A DNA stretch of 64,000 nt, from NCBI GenBank assembly GCA_014905635.1, contig CM026547.1, forward strand, positions 62,001-126,000. The letters run 5' to 3'. A program made the position numbers and the translations under genes. Below the pieces are notes generated by a model. It was not told the origin of the DNA. It saw only the letters and a program-made list of their open reading frames with translations, and searched no databases. How positions within the stretch are numbered: the first letter of the stretch is position 1; each line of letters starts with the position of its first letter. Shown here in pieces: positions 23,724 to 39,209 of the stretch. The DNA is from Scenedesmus sp. PABB004. Taxonomy: Eukaryota.

Positions 23724-24771
23724 ATGGCCCTGTCCGCGCGGACCGCTGCGCGACCGCCGGCGCTCGCCGCGGAGCAGCCGCAGCGCCGCTGCTGCTCGTG
23801 CGGCGCCGTGCGCAGCGCCCGGCGGCGTCCACAGGCGCTCGACGCGTCGAGTGTGGAGCCGGCAGCCGGCGCCGTGCCGGGGCTGGGCCGGCGCGGCGCG
23901 CTGCAGGCAGCAGCGCTCGCGCCGCTGCTGCAGCTGCTTGCGCGGCCGCGGCGCGCGGCGGCGGAGCCGGACGGCGGCGGCGGCGCGGCGGGGCTGCAGC
24001 TGCAGCTGTACGCCAACGACGCGCAGCAGTACCGGCTGAGCGTGCCGGCGGGCTGGGAACGCAAGGACAAAGCCGGTGCGCGGCACGCCCCCACCAGGGC
24101 GCGGCGCGGCAGCGCCGGCGGGGGCGCCGCGCCTGTGCGGCGCACGCGTCACGCGGCGCAGCGCGCGCACGCCAGCCGCGCGCCGGCCCGCGCGCCGCCC
24201 TGACGTGCCGCCGCGCCGGCGCCGCAGGCGCGGACGTTCTGTTCGAGGACCCCGGGCGCCGCTCCACGAGCGTGGGCGTCACGGTCAGCCCCGTGCGCGT
24301 CGCGAGCATCGAGCAGTTTGGCGGGCTCGACGCCGTCGGGCAGCGCCTGCTGGGCGCGGAGCGCAAGAAGGCGCGCGCGGCGCGCGGCGCCGGGGGGCAG
24401 CAGGGGCCTGCGTCGCGTGCGGCCGGGCGGCAGGCCCGGGCCTGGCGCTGAGCGGCGCCGCCGCCGCCGCCCTCGTGCCGCACGGCATTGCCGGCGCGCA
24501 GGAGAGCACGCTGGGCGTGGAGCTGCTGTCGTCGGGCGCGCGCCGCGGGTCGGGGGGCGCGTCGCTGTATGACTACGAGTACAGCCTCGCCTCGACGCGC
24601 GGCGCCAAGCGCATCCTCAACACCGTGACCATCACGGGCTCGCGGCTCTACATCCTCAACGCCAGCGTCAAGTGCGACAAGGACGACGCCGCATGCGCCG
24701 CGGCGGAGCCGTCGCTCGCGCTGCTGCGCGCCGTCGCGGCGAGCTTCGACGCCGGCGCCCCCGCGCCGTGA
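23724..24771 (+). CDS. PPD2: PsbP domain-containing protein (PPD2-like), thylakoid lumen, 3 exons
   Basis: Bipartite transit peptide with twin-Arg (GRRGALQAAAL...AAA), then YRLSVPAGWERKDKAGADVLFEDP...SVGVTVSPVRVASIEQFG...RLLGAERKKEST...YDYEYSLASTRGAKRILNTVTI. Introns 24076-24227 (GT) and 24371-24501 (GC). Confidence 0.88.
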
Positions 24772-25390
24772 GCTGACCGGCGGCCGAGCGATCCAGGCAG
24801 GGCGCGGCCGAGCGCGCGGCGCCCGCGGAAGCCCGGTCACGCGTGAATTTTGCCGGTCGTGGTCGCCTTTTCCGGGCGCCGACCAGCTGGCCGCGCCCAC
24901 CGCCCGCCCGCCGCTGCCCTCCGGCGCACTCTATTCACCGCGGCGGCCGTGTTCAGCGCGCGCCCGGCCCCGCGGCGACCGCGTACGCGCCCCAACAGCT
25001 GCGGCAGGAATCCGCAGCACCGACCGCGGCGCGCGGGCCCCACCGACCCTCCCAGACAGTCGGCCCAGGCTCGTCTCAGCCCCGGCGAGCGGGCAGCCAG
25101 CGCCGCGGGCGCAGCGGGGGCTCTCTCAGCGGCAGAGCGCAGCAGGGCAGCGCTCCCCGCGGGCGGCCGGCGTGGGAGCGCGGCGACCGTCCGGTGCGGC
25201 GCACGCCGGCGGCGCGCGGCGGCCAGGCGCGCGCGCGGGCCGCCGCTGCGGCGGCGCGAGCAGCGGCAGTTTGCGCCGGCCGCGCGCCGCGCCCGCGCCG
25301 ACCGCCGCACCCTGCCCCGCCGCCCGGCAGACGCGGGCAGCCGCCAGCCGCGCGCGCCGGGGCGGGCCCGCCGGCGGCGGCGGCGCCGCG

Positions 25391-27616
25391 ATGGGGCTGT
25401 CCGACCCGGGCACCGGCGCGGCGGCGTCGAAGCACGCGCTGCTGGTCGCGCGCGAGGTCGTCGCGAGCTACACCTACGTGCTCATATGGATGGCCATCTC
25501 CATCGGCGTCATCCTCTTCAACAAGGCGCGGCGGCGCGGCGCGCCCGCCGCGGCAGCAGCTCTCTCTCAGGCGGCCGGCCGCACGCCATCATGTGATGAT
25601 GGCCGCTCGCTCACTGCCGCCGCCGACGGCCGCCCGCTCACTGCCCGGCCGCGCACTGCCGCCGCCGCCACTCATTGCGCGCAGTGGCTGCTCGCGTACA
25701 GCGGCTTCCCGTTCCCCATCGCGCTCACGCTGTGGCACATGACCTTTTGCTCCGCGGTCGGGTTTGTCGCGGTGCGCCTGCTGCGCCTCGTGCCCAGCCA
25801 CAGCATGACGCCCCGGGAGTACGCGACGCGCGTCATGCCCATCGGTAAGACGCGGCCGCCCGCGCGCCGCAGCAGCAGCAGCAGCCCCGCCCGCCATGCG
25901 CGCTCGCGCCGCCCGCCGCCCACACCGCGCCGCCGCCCGCCCGCGCCCCGTGCGCCGCACGCAGGCCTGCTCTACGCGGGCAGCCTGTGGCTGAGCAACA
26001 GCGCCTATCTCTACCTCAGGTGCGTGCGTGCGTGCGCGCTGCGCTGGCTGGCGGCTCACCGCGCCGCCCTCGCTTTTTGCCCTCGCTGCCCCCCCCCTCC
26101 CCACACACACACACACACGTCCACACACCCACACACACACACACACACACACCTGCCCCACCCACGCGCAGCGTGAGCTTCATCCAGATGACCAAGAGCC
26201 TCATGCCCGGCCTCGTCTACGCCGCCGGCTGCGCGCTCGGCACCGAGGCGTTCCGCCCTGCCGCCGCGGCAAACATGGCGCTCATCGCCGCCGGCGTCGT
26301 CGTGTGCGCGCTGGGGGAGGTCAACCTGGTGCTCACCGGCCTGCTGCAGCAGCTCACCGCGCTCGGCTTTGAGGCGCGCGCCGCGCCGCGTGGGCGGGCA
26401 CGCTCGCTGCGCCGCGCGCCGCGCGCCGCGGCGAGCTGACGCGCCGCCGCGGGGCGCGCAGGCGATGCGGCTGACGCTGGTGCAGGTGCTCATCAACGCC
26501 AAGGGCTACAACATGAACCCGCTGCAGTCGCTCTACTACGTCAGCCCCGCCTGCGGCGCGGCGCTGCTGGTGCCGTTTGTGGCGGTCGAGTGGCCCCGCA
26601 TCGCCCGCGCGCTGTCGGCGGGCAGCGTGACCTTCAGCGCGCCCGTGCTGCTGAGCAACGCGCTCGCCGCGTTTGCGCTCAACCTGGTGCGCGCGACCTG
26701 CCGCGCGCGCGCGCGCGCCGCCGCCGCGCGCGCGCCGCTGACGCCGCCGCGCCTCCACGCTCTCGTCTCCCTCCCCCTTCCCCCTGCCTCTCCCTCCCCT
26801 CACTCTCCCTCCCGCCTCACTCCACTTCGCCCCGCCTCACCCCCTCCCCCCCCCCCCGCCCCCCCCCCCCCAGGCGGTGTTCCTGCTCATCGGCAAGACG
26901 AGCGCGCTGACGATGAACATCGCGGGCGTGATCAAGGACTGGATGCTCATCTTTGCCTCCTACGCCCTCTTCCACGCCCCCGTCACGCGCCTCAACCTCG
27001 CGGGATACGCGTTCTGCTGCAGGCACGGCGGCGGGCGGCGGCGCCCGCGCCGACGCGCCCCGCGCCGCGCGCCGCACGCCCCCCGCCGCGCGCCCCGCGC
27101 CGCGCGCCGGCGGCTGACGGCTGACGTGCCCGTGTCCGCCGCCCGTGCCTCCCCCTCCCGCCGCCCGGTCCCCCCCCCCCCAGCGGCGTGGTGGTGTACA
27201 ACCACGCCAAGCTCAAGGCCATCAAGGCCCGCCTCGCCGCGAGCGCCGGCGCGGGGCCGCCCGCCTACACGGCGGCCAAGGGCGCGGCCGACTACGCGGC
27301 CGGCGGCGGCGGCGCCGCCGCCGACCTCGAGCGCCCGCTGCTGGCGCACCGCACCAAGGACGACCTGCTGGGCGAGATCGCGCGCCTGCAGGAGGAGGTG
27401 GAGCGCCTCGACGGCGTGCCGGGCGCGCGGGGGAGCAGCAGCGCGCTGCGCGGCCTCGGCGGCCTCGGCGCCATCAGCACGGGGCGCCTCGGCGGCGGCG
27501 GCAGCAGCAGCAGCAGCAGCGGCAGCAGCCCGAGCCTCGGCGCCGGCGGCGGCGGCGGCAAGCTGGAGCACCGCAGCCCGCCCGCGGGCGCGCCGGCGCC
27601 CGCGTGGCAGCGCTAG
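25391..27616 (+). CDS. Nucleotide-sugar / sugar-phosphate translocator (TPT/SLC35E family), 7 exons
   Basis: [99 protein letters not shown]. Introns: 25526-25684(GC), 25845-25964, 26020-26171, 26374-26461(GC), 26687-26873, 27023-27183(GC). Confidence 0.93.
26102..26152 (+). repeat. (CA)n microsatellite in a TPT intron
   Basis: Read directly. Confidence 0.85.
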
Positions 27617-28146
27617 CGCGCCGCCGCGGCGGCGCGCCGCGCCGTGTGGCCGCTGGCCGCGGCGCGCGGCGCGCCGGCCCCCGCCGGCCCCGCGCATTCC
27701 TTTGAACTGTGATTGTGCACTGCCGCTGCTATTGCTCCCCTCACACACACACCTGGTTCCGCGCTGCGATGATTGGCGCCCGCGCGCACCCACGCGCGCT
27801 GCTCGTGACTAGTGGAGGTGCCCGCCCTGCCCGGCCGCGCCGCGCGGCCGCCGGATCGCGGCCGCGCGCGCCCGCCGCCGGGCGCCCATTGTTGTGCTCG
27901 CCGCCTGATCGGGCTGCCGCGGCTCGGCGCTGTGCGCGGCGGGGCGCTGCTGCCAGGAGCGGCGCGCGCCGCCTGACTCGATCGAGAGGGACTGTAACGA
28001 ACGACGCCGCTGCATCATCAGTTGCCTCGGGCGCGCCCGCCCCGCCTGCCAGGGAGAGAGAGAGAGAGAGAGAGCCGCCCCCGTGCCCCCCTTGCCCTGC
28101 CCGCCCGCACGCTGCGGAGGATAAGAGAGAGCGCCGTGCGCAGCGC

Positions 28147-32005
<3,859 letters not shown>

Positions 32006-32181
32006 TCAGATCGAGCGGGAGGCACGACTGTTACAGCCGCGGCGCGGGTTCTCGACGCGATCGGCGACCGCCACCGCCCTCCACGCACGCAATTGGCGCG
32101 CTCGCGACGGCCGCCGGCCGGCAGCGGCGCGCGGCGGTCTCGCGGCACCCGCGCGACCGCAGCGCGCCGCCGCGGGCGCGC

Positions 32182-33087
32182 TCACACGCCGAGGCCCGCG
32201 CCGCCGCCGCCGCGGCGCGCCTGCTTGGTGATGAGCCAGTAGGCCATGAGGTTCAGCCCCAGCACCAGGGAGCCGGCGGGGATGTCCGGGACGAGCAGGT
32301 TGCGCTTGGGGACGAGCGCGTGGTGGTGCGACATGTGCTGCCCGTGCCCGCCCGCCGCGAGGACGAGGAACCCGAGGTTGCCGCCCCCCAGCGGGTCGTC
32401 GTCCGGCGCCGCCGCCTGCGCCGGCGCGCCGCCGCGGCTGCTCTGCGACACCGCGAGCTGCGGCACGTGCTGCGCCTGCGCGTGCTGCTGCTGCTGGCCG
32501 CCGCGCTCCGCAAACGCGCCCGCCTCCACGCCCCGCATGAGCTTGCGCAGCCGGTCGTTCGCCAGCAGCGCGCCGCCCGGCGTGGCGTAGAGGCCCTCGC
32601 TGCGCAGCGGGCGGCGGGCGGTGGCGGCGGTGCGGCGGCGGCGGCTGTGCGGCGGCGGTGGTGCGGCGGCGCCGGCTTGCGCGGCCCGGGTCGCGGCGCG
32701 GCGGCCCAGGCGGCCCAGGCTGCCTGCTGGGGCGGTGCCGCGCCGCCCGCCCCTCGGCGCGCCGCCTCACTTGTGGTAGGGGCACTTGGTGCGCAGGCTG
32801 GTCTCGGGGAAGCCCCAGCGCAGCATCGGGCGCACCAGCTCGACCGTCTCCTCCCACGTCGCCGCGAGGGCCTGGAGCGCGGGCGCCGCGAGCAGGCCCA
32901 CGCGCGGCGTCTCGACGTAGAGCACGTTGAAGGGCGCGTTGGGCGGCGGGCCGCCCGCCTCGTCGCCGTACGTGAAGCTCAGGTCGGCCGCGCTCGCGCG
33001 GTGCCCGCCCTTGCGCCCCACGTCGTGCTGGTCCTCCCCGCGCAGCATCTTGATCTTGCCCTTGCCAAACACCTGCGGGATGGGCAT
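32182..33087 (-). CDS. Hypothetical protein, 2 exons, C-terminal hydrophobic segment
   Basis: MPIPQVFGKGKIKMLRGEDQHDVG...PFNVLYVETPR...WGFPETSLRTKCPYHNEGLYAT...; clean GT-AG intron 32600-32770; TGTAA on the minus strand at 32031-32035. No family recognised. Confidence 0.65.
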
Positions 33088-33616
33088 CGCAGCGCGCCGC
33101 GCGCCCGCCTGCGGGCCGCAGCGGCAGACACGGCAGCGGCGGCGGCGGGCTTGGGCAGCGCTGCGTGGCGGCGTCGCGCCACGCACGCCCCAGCGCGCAC
33201 GAAGCGCACCCCGCTGCGCAACGAACGACTGAGGGAACCGCTGTGGCAGCGAATTGGCGCCCGCCCCGCCCGCCGGGCGGCGGCGAAGACAGCAATCCTC
33301 CTGCGAGCGCTCACCGGCGCCGCGGGGGCTCGAGAGAGCGCAGCGGCGAGACCCAGGAAAGAGTCACGACTCAGGTCACTCCACGGAGCACGCCGCGAGG
33401 TGGCGCCCAGCGCGCGGGAAAGCCGGGGGCGATTGGACGCGGAGCACCTCCACTCGCAGCGCGTGGTGGTGGCCTGGCAGCGAGAGCGCTCCTGTGCAAG
33501 TCGCAGGCAGCGCGGGCGGCGTGAAATCGCGGCCACCGCGAGCGCGCGGCGGCGGTGGCGCAGGGCGCGCCGGGCCCGGGCCCTGCGCCGCGTGCGCGGC
33601 CGCACCCGCGGCCGCG

Positions 33617-34784
33617 TCACGCGCCGCCGCCGCCCTGCTGCGTCACCGCCGCCGCGGCGAGCGCCTGCGCGCCGGCGCGGCGCACGCGCGCGTCTCCGTC
33701 CGCCAGGGCCGCGACCGCCGCCTCCGACGCGCGCGGCAGCACGGCGTCCGCCGCCCCGCGCGCGCGGCCCTCCGGCGCCGCGTCGGCCAGCAGCAGCAGC
33801 GCCTGCGCCAGCTCCGCCAGCGCTGCTACGCGGACCGCCGGCGAGCGCCCCGGCGCAGCAGTCGCGGCCGCCGCGAGCTGCTGCAGCGGCGCGGCCGCGC
33901 CCTCGGCGGCGGCGTTCGCCGCCGCGGGCAGCACACCCCCGCCGCCGCCGCCGTCCAGCCACGCCGGCGCCTGCTGCCCGCGCGCCGGGCTGGTTCGCTG
34001 CTCGTCAGCGCTGCCCTGCAGCGCCGCCTGCGCGAGCGCACCCAGCACGCGCACGGCGGCGGCCGCGACCGCGTCGTTGGCGCTGGCCACGCCCAGCTGC
34101 GGCCGGGCGCGGGGCGGGCAGCGCAGGTGGGTGTGCGGCGCACGCCGCGCCGGCGTGCGGGGCCGCCGCCCGCCGCACCTGCACCGCGGCCCAGCCGTCG
34201 GCGCGGGCAAAGGCCTGCAGCGCGGCGCCGCGCTCGTCCGGTCCGCCACCGAGCAGCAGGCCGCAGAGCGCGTCGGCGGCCGCCGCGCTCGCGGGCCGGC
34301 AGCAGGAGCAGCTGAACTCGCACACCATGACGTCGCCTGCTCGGCGGCAGGCCCGGGCGGCGGTCGCGCGCCGCGCTGCTGCCGTCGCTGCTGTCGTCGC
34401 TGCTGCCGGCGCCCGAGTGGCGGCGCAGCGACCCCGCGCACGCACCCTGAGGCGAGCCCAGGAGCGCAGAGATGAGGTCCGCGAGCGGGCTGCGCGCGCC
34501 CTTGACGCGGGGCATGGCGCCGGCGAGAATGGGGATGGGCCAGGCACCTGGCGCCCACCAGGCCCCCGGAGCGCGTCGCTCGCGGTCGCACGACGCGGAG
34601 CCGGAGCGCGGCGATGCGCAGGTCCGGGAGCCAGCACGGCAGACGACCGGCGGCGCGCCGGCGCACGGCGAAACCGCCGCAACGCCACGGACCGCGCCGC
34701 GCCGGCCGCGGCGCGCACTCGGTGGCCGCCGCCAGCTCGTTTAGCAGCTCCTGCAGCGTCGGGAAGAGAGCTCCCACGCGCCAT
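33617..34784 (-). CDS. Hypothetical ARM/HEAT-like helical protein; 5' structure unresolved
   Basis: Plausible exons PLADLISALLGSPQG/DVMVCEF...DALCGLLLGGGPDERGAALQAFARADGWAAVQ/LGVASANDAVAAAAVRVLGALA...AVAALADGDARVRRAGAQALAAA, joined by GT-AG introns; the DxDxxVRxxAxxAL pattern is HEAT-like. Confidence 0.5.
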
Positions 34785-34792
34785 CGCCTTTC

Positions 34793-35636
34793 TCAGGGCG
34801 GCACGCGCGGCCCGGCGCCGCGCGCGGCGCGCGCCGCGCACGCCGCGAGCCAGTCAGCGAGCAGCGCCTCCGCGCCGGGGACCTTGTCGAGGCCTGGAAA
34901 GTAGTTGACGTCCACCACCGTCCACACCCGCTGCTCGCCGCGTGCCGAGCCCTCCTCGCCGGCGCCCGCGTCTGAGGGCGCGGCCTCCTCGCCGCGGCAG
35001 GGCAGTATGTCGGCGTTGAACAGGCTCACGCCCAGCGCGGCGCGCAGGTGCGCCGCGAGCGCGCGCAGCGCCCACGCCGGCGGCGCGCCCGGCGCGGTCA
35101 CGCTGGCGTCGCGCAGCGCGACGCCCTCCTCGCCGCCCCCCGCGCCCCCTGCGCACGCTGCCGCGGCGCCGTCCGGCCGCGGCGCGGCGCCCGCTGCCGC
35201 TGCCGGCGGCGCCTGCGGGCCGCCCGGCGGCAGCGGCGCCGCGCTCGCGCGCCCCAGCAGCACCAGGCCGCTCCCGCCGCCGGCGGCGTCGCGCGCGGCC
35301 GCGTCGCGCAGCTGCGCCACCGTCAGTGTGCCGCGCTGCGTCAGCACGCAGTGCGGGCCGATCACGTACAGCTGCGCGCGGCGGCGCGTGGCGGCGCGCG
35401 GCGGCGCGCGGCGGCCGCACGTCAGCCGCCGCCCCTCGCCAGAGCCGTGCCGCCCCGCGCCGCGCGACGGCCGCCGCCGCGGCGTCACCTTGAACAGCGC
35501 GTCGCCGTGCGGCACGTAGGCCTGCACCACGGCCGGCAGCGCCAGCGCCGCGCCGCCGCCGCAGAGCGCGGCGAGGCCGCGCGGCACATCCACCAGCGCG
35601 GCGAGCTCGTGCCCGTCGCCGCCGGCGGGGGCGCCG

Positions 35637-35673
<37 letters not shown>

Positions 35674-36248
35674 GCGCCGAGTCGGGCGGCGCCGAGCGCA
35701 GCGGCTTGACCAGCGCCGGCGGCCGCACGCCCGCGGCGCGCAGCGCCGCCGCCGCGCGCTCGGCCGCGCAGCCCTGCCGCAGCACGGCCTGCGGCGGCGC
35801 CGCAAACACGGCGGCGCGCGGCGCCGCGCCCGCCGGGCCGTCGACGCGCAGCGGCGCGGCGAGGGGCATGAGCATCGCCTCGCGGTCCTGCAGCGCGGCC
35901 ACCGCGGCCGGCGCGTCGAGCAGCACCACGCGCCCCCGCGCCGCGGCGGCGTGCGCCTCCAGCGCCGGGCCCAGGCCGGGGCGCTTGTGCACGATCACGC
36001 CCGCGCCCGGCCACGCCCCGGGGTCGCCGGGGTCGAGCGCCGCGAGCGACAGCCCCCGCGCCGCCGCCGCCGCGGCCAGCGCCGGCGTCAGCACCCGCGA
36101 GCGCTGTGGCGGGGGGGCGGAGGGGGGCGGCGGGCCGACGGCGGCGCGTGGGCGCGGGCGCGGGCACGGCGCGAGCAGCGGCGGCGGCGGGCGGGCGCGC
36201 GGTCTGCACCTTGCTGTCCTGCAGCAGGAACCCGATCGTGTCTGCCAT
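34793..36248 (-). CDS. ITPK: Inositol-tetrakisphosphate 1-kinase (ITPK, ATP-grasp), 3 exons
   Basis: VIVHK, LLDAPAAVAALQDREAML, LVKPL...GHEL, VVQAYVPHGDALFKLYVIG, LGVSLFNADIL, VVDVNYFPGLDKVP. Introns 36104-36209 and 35372-35488. Confidence 0.88.
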
Positions 36249-36766
36249 GGTGGTGCTGGAGGGATTTTGCAGAAGAGTGGATCGCCGGAGAGGCAGAGGC
36301 GACCGGAGCGCCGCGCCGCCGCGTGACGTGCTGGCGCGCGTCAAATTCCCAGCGCCTTCTTTTGGCCGCCCCCCCCCCATCGCATCGTGGTGCACACCCA
36401 CAGCCAGCCACACCGCAAGCAAGCCGCGCTCTTCCCCGTTCGCGTGGCCTCGTCCTCGCCAGCCAAGCTCACACCTCGCCGTTCCGGGGTCCGCCAGGTG
36501 CGGCGACGGGGCGCGAGACCGTCATCTGAATTGGAAGCCGCGATGGGCAGCCGCGGGCGCGCCCTGGGCATCATCACACGCCGCTGCGCACCTGGCTCGC
36601 ATGCGGCCACGCCCGGGCGTGCCCGCGCGCGCACGGGCCCCGGCGGGCCCGCCACACCGTCGCGGTGACGGCCCCCGCTGGACCGCCGCTCCTGCTCCTG
36701 CTCCGCTGACGCGTGCTCGCCGCCGCCGCTCGCGCCCGCGCCGCTGCCGCTGCCTCAGGGCGAGCG

Positions 36767-37506
36767 ATGGCCGCGCCGCCGCCGCCGGGCTATCCGGCGC
36801 CGCCGCCGCCGCTGGACGGCGGCTACGCGTCGCCCTACCCGCCCCAGCCCTACCCGCCCCAGCAGGGGGGCGCGGGGCCGAGCAGCGGCCAGCCGTATCC
36901 GCCGCAGCCGGCGGCGAGCCCGATGGACCCGCCCGTCAAGCCCCCGCCCGGCGGGCCGCCCGGGGGCTACCCGCCGCAGGCCGGCGGTCCGCCCGGGGGC
37001 TACCCGCCCGCCGGCGGGCCGCCCGGGGGCTACCCGCCGCAGGCGCCGGCGCCGGCGCCGTACGGCGACTACTACAACGCCCAGCCCGCGCAGGGCGTGC
37101 CGCTCGGCGCGCCCGGCTACGGCGGCGGCATGGCGCCCATGGGCGTCGCGGGCGCGCCGCCGCCGGGGGAGCCCGAGCGCTGCGCATGCAGCGTGGGCTG
37201 GGTGCTGTTTGCGGTCGGGTTCATCTTTCCCGTTACCTGGATCGCCGCCGTGTTCACGCCCTTCTGCACCAAGCGCCTCAACGACAGACGCGCGGCGGTG
37301 CGCGCCGCGCCGCCGCCCTGCGCGCCGCGCCGCGCCACCACCCTGCGCGGGGCACGCTCTCACGTCCGCCGCCGCCGCCGCGCGGCGCGCGACAGATGGC
37401 GTCGAGCGTGGCGCTGCTGGTTTACGTAGTCTTGATCATCGTACTGAGCTCAACGTCGTCCCGCTGGCACTCCCAGCGCGGCTCGATGTACTACTACGGC
37501 GGCTGA
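36767..37506 (+). CDS. Pro/Gly/Tyr-rich membrane protein (plant 'RPL18a-like' type Cys-GW transmembrane module), 2 exons
   Basis: GYPP repeats, then CACSVGWVLFAVGFIFPVTWIAAVFTPFC..NDRRAAMASSVALLVYVVLII. Intron 37298-37395. Family label is from resemblance. Confidence 0.75.
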
Positions 37507-38053
37507 GCGCGCCGCACGCGGCGGCGGGGGCGCCGCGGTGCGGCCGCAGAGCGCGCCGCGCGGGGGCTGGCACCGGACCTGCTGGCCTGCGGCACTTTGA
37601 CTTGACTGCCTGTCGGGCGCGCGCGCACGTCGCGAGGCTTGAATGAGGTTCTGAGTAAGGCTTGAACGCGGGCGGCCCGCTCGGAAAACTGCGGCATCAC
37701 CTGTGCGCGTGTCGCGCTCGCACGCGCAGCCGCTCGCGCGCGCCGCCCGCGCGCCGCGCCGTCGCACGCGGCGGTCGCTCAGCGCCTGGGTCGCAGCTGC
37801 CGGGCGACGACGGCGACGCCGAACAACCTGTCTGTACAGCGCGGCGCCGCCGCCGCCGCCCGCCCGGCTGCCGCGTGCCGTTGCGCCCTGCCTCTCTCCC
37901 TCGCCGCATCTCTCCGCCGCCCAGTTCCCGACCCCACCTGATCCTCACGCGCGGCGACGCAGGACGCCCGGCGCAGCCAACCGCCCGCCGCCGCTCCGCC
38001 CAGCTCCCGTCGCGCGCAGCCGTCGCCGGCCCTCAGCGCCCGCCGCCACGATC

Positions 38054-38905
38054 ATGGGCGAGGGCAAGGGAGACGCGGCGTGGTCGCCCTACCCAGCGGT
38101 GCCGGGCGCCGCCGGCAGCAGCGGCAGCGGCGGTGCCGCCGATGCCGCGGCCCACCCGTTCGGCGGCGCGGCGCAGCAGCACGCTCCTGATGCGGCCCAC
38201 CCGTACGGCGGCGCGGTGCAGCAGCACGCTCCTGATGCGGCCCACCCGTACGGCGCCGCGGTGCAGCACCACCAGCAGCCCGCCGTGCTGGGCACGCCCG
38301 TGGCGCCGGGGGGCTTCCCGGTCGCGCCTGGCGGCGCCCCGCCCGGCGCGCTGCCCGCGCTCGCGGTGGAGGTGCCGCACGGCGGCGGCTGCCACGGCGG
38401 GCGGCGCAAGGACGGCTGCGACTGCACTGCAGGCTGGTGGTTGTTCGGCCTGGGCTGGATCTTCCCGCCCCTGTGGTTCGTCGGGGCGCTCCTGCCCTGC
38501 TGCGAGCCGTACAAGAGCAGCAGGCGCGGGCGACGAAAGCGGGCGCGCGACGGCGGGCGCGCCTGGCGGCAGCGCTGGCCCGCGCCCGCGCCCGCGCCCG
38601 CGCCAGCGCCGTCGCACTCCCGAAATGCCTCCCTTCACCTCTCCCTCCCTGCCTGCCTCGCCCGTGCGCCCAGGAACGACCGGCGCGCCGGCATCGGCAG
38701 CGCGGTCATGGCGGCCGTGACCGTGGTGGTCGCAGTCGTGGTCATCGTGGTGCCCCTCGTGCTCATGGCGCGGCTCACCAGCGCGCTCGGCGCCGCGATC
38801 GCGGCCGGCACGGCCAACGTCACGACCACGCTGACCGTGGGGCTGCCCGCGTCGCCCGCGCCGCGCGCGGGGCTCGGCCCCGCCGGCGCGCCCATGTACG
38901 GCTGA
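38054..38905 (+). CDS. Tandem paralogue of the preceding Pro-rich membrane protein, 2 exons
   Basis: CDCTAGWWLFGLGWIFPPLWFVGALLPCC..NDRRAGIGSAVMAAVTVVVAVVVIVV. GC-AG intron 38524-38673. Confidence 0.75.
   Translation: MGEGKGDAAWSPYPAVPGAAGSSGSGGAADAAAHPFGGAAQQHAPDAAHPYGGAVQQHAPDAAHPYGAAVQHHQQPAVLGTPVAPGGFPVAPGGAPPGALPALAVEVPHGGGCHGGRRKDGCDCTAGWWLFGLGWIFPPLWFVGALLPCCEPYKSSRRGRRKRARDGGRAWRQRWPAPAPAPAPAPSHSRNASLHLSLPACLARAPRNDRRAGIGSAVMAAVTVVVAVVVIVVPLVLMARLTSALGAAIAAGTANVTTTLTVGLPASPAPRAGLGPAGAPMYG
38141..38275 (+). repeat. Three copies of a coding 45-bp tandem repeat (DAAHPYGGAVQQHAP)
   Basis: gatgcggcccacccgtacggcggcgcggtgcagcagcacgctcct unit repeated with few changes. Confidence 0.85.
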
Positions 38906-39209
38906 CGCGGCGCGGCGGCGCGGGCGCGGGGGCGAATGGCCGAGCGAGGCGTCCGCGCGAGGCACGCGGCGCGCGGGGAGGGATTCGGCGCAGCGCGCGG
39001 GCGGCAATGCAGGGTGTAGTTACATGGCCCGGACAGCCGCCGGGCGCGCTGGCGTCAGCACACGCAGCTGCTGCCGCGAGTGACGGGGGGAGAGGGGAGG
39101 GGGGATGCTGAGTCTGGCCGCGTCGGCTGCAGGCGCGCTCCGCAGCACTGGCCAGCCCCAGGCTCACGCGCGCGCGCGCGCTGGGACACGCCTCGGACGC
39201 TGATTAGCA

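Noticed and set aside
38141..38275. 45-bp repeats as a CRISPR array
   Set aside because: In-frame coding tandem repeat without unique spacers.
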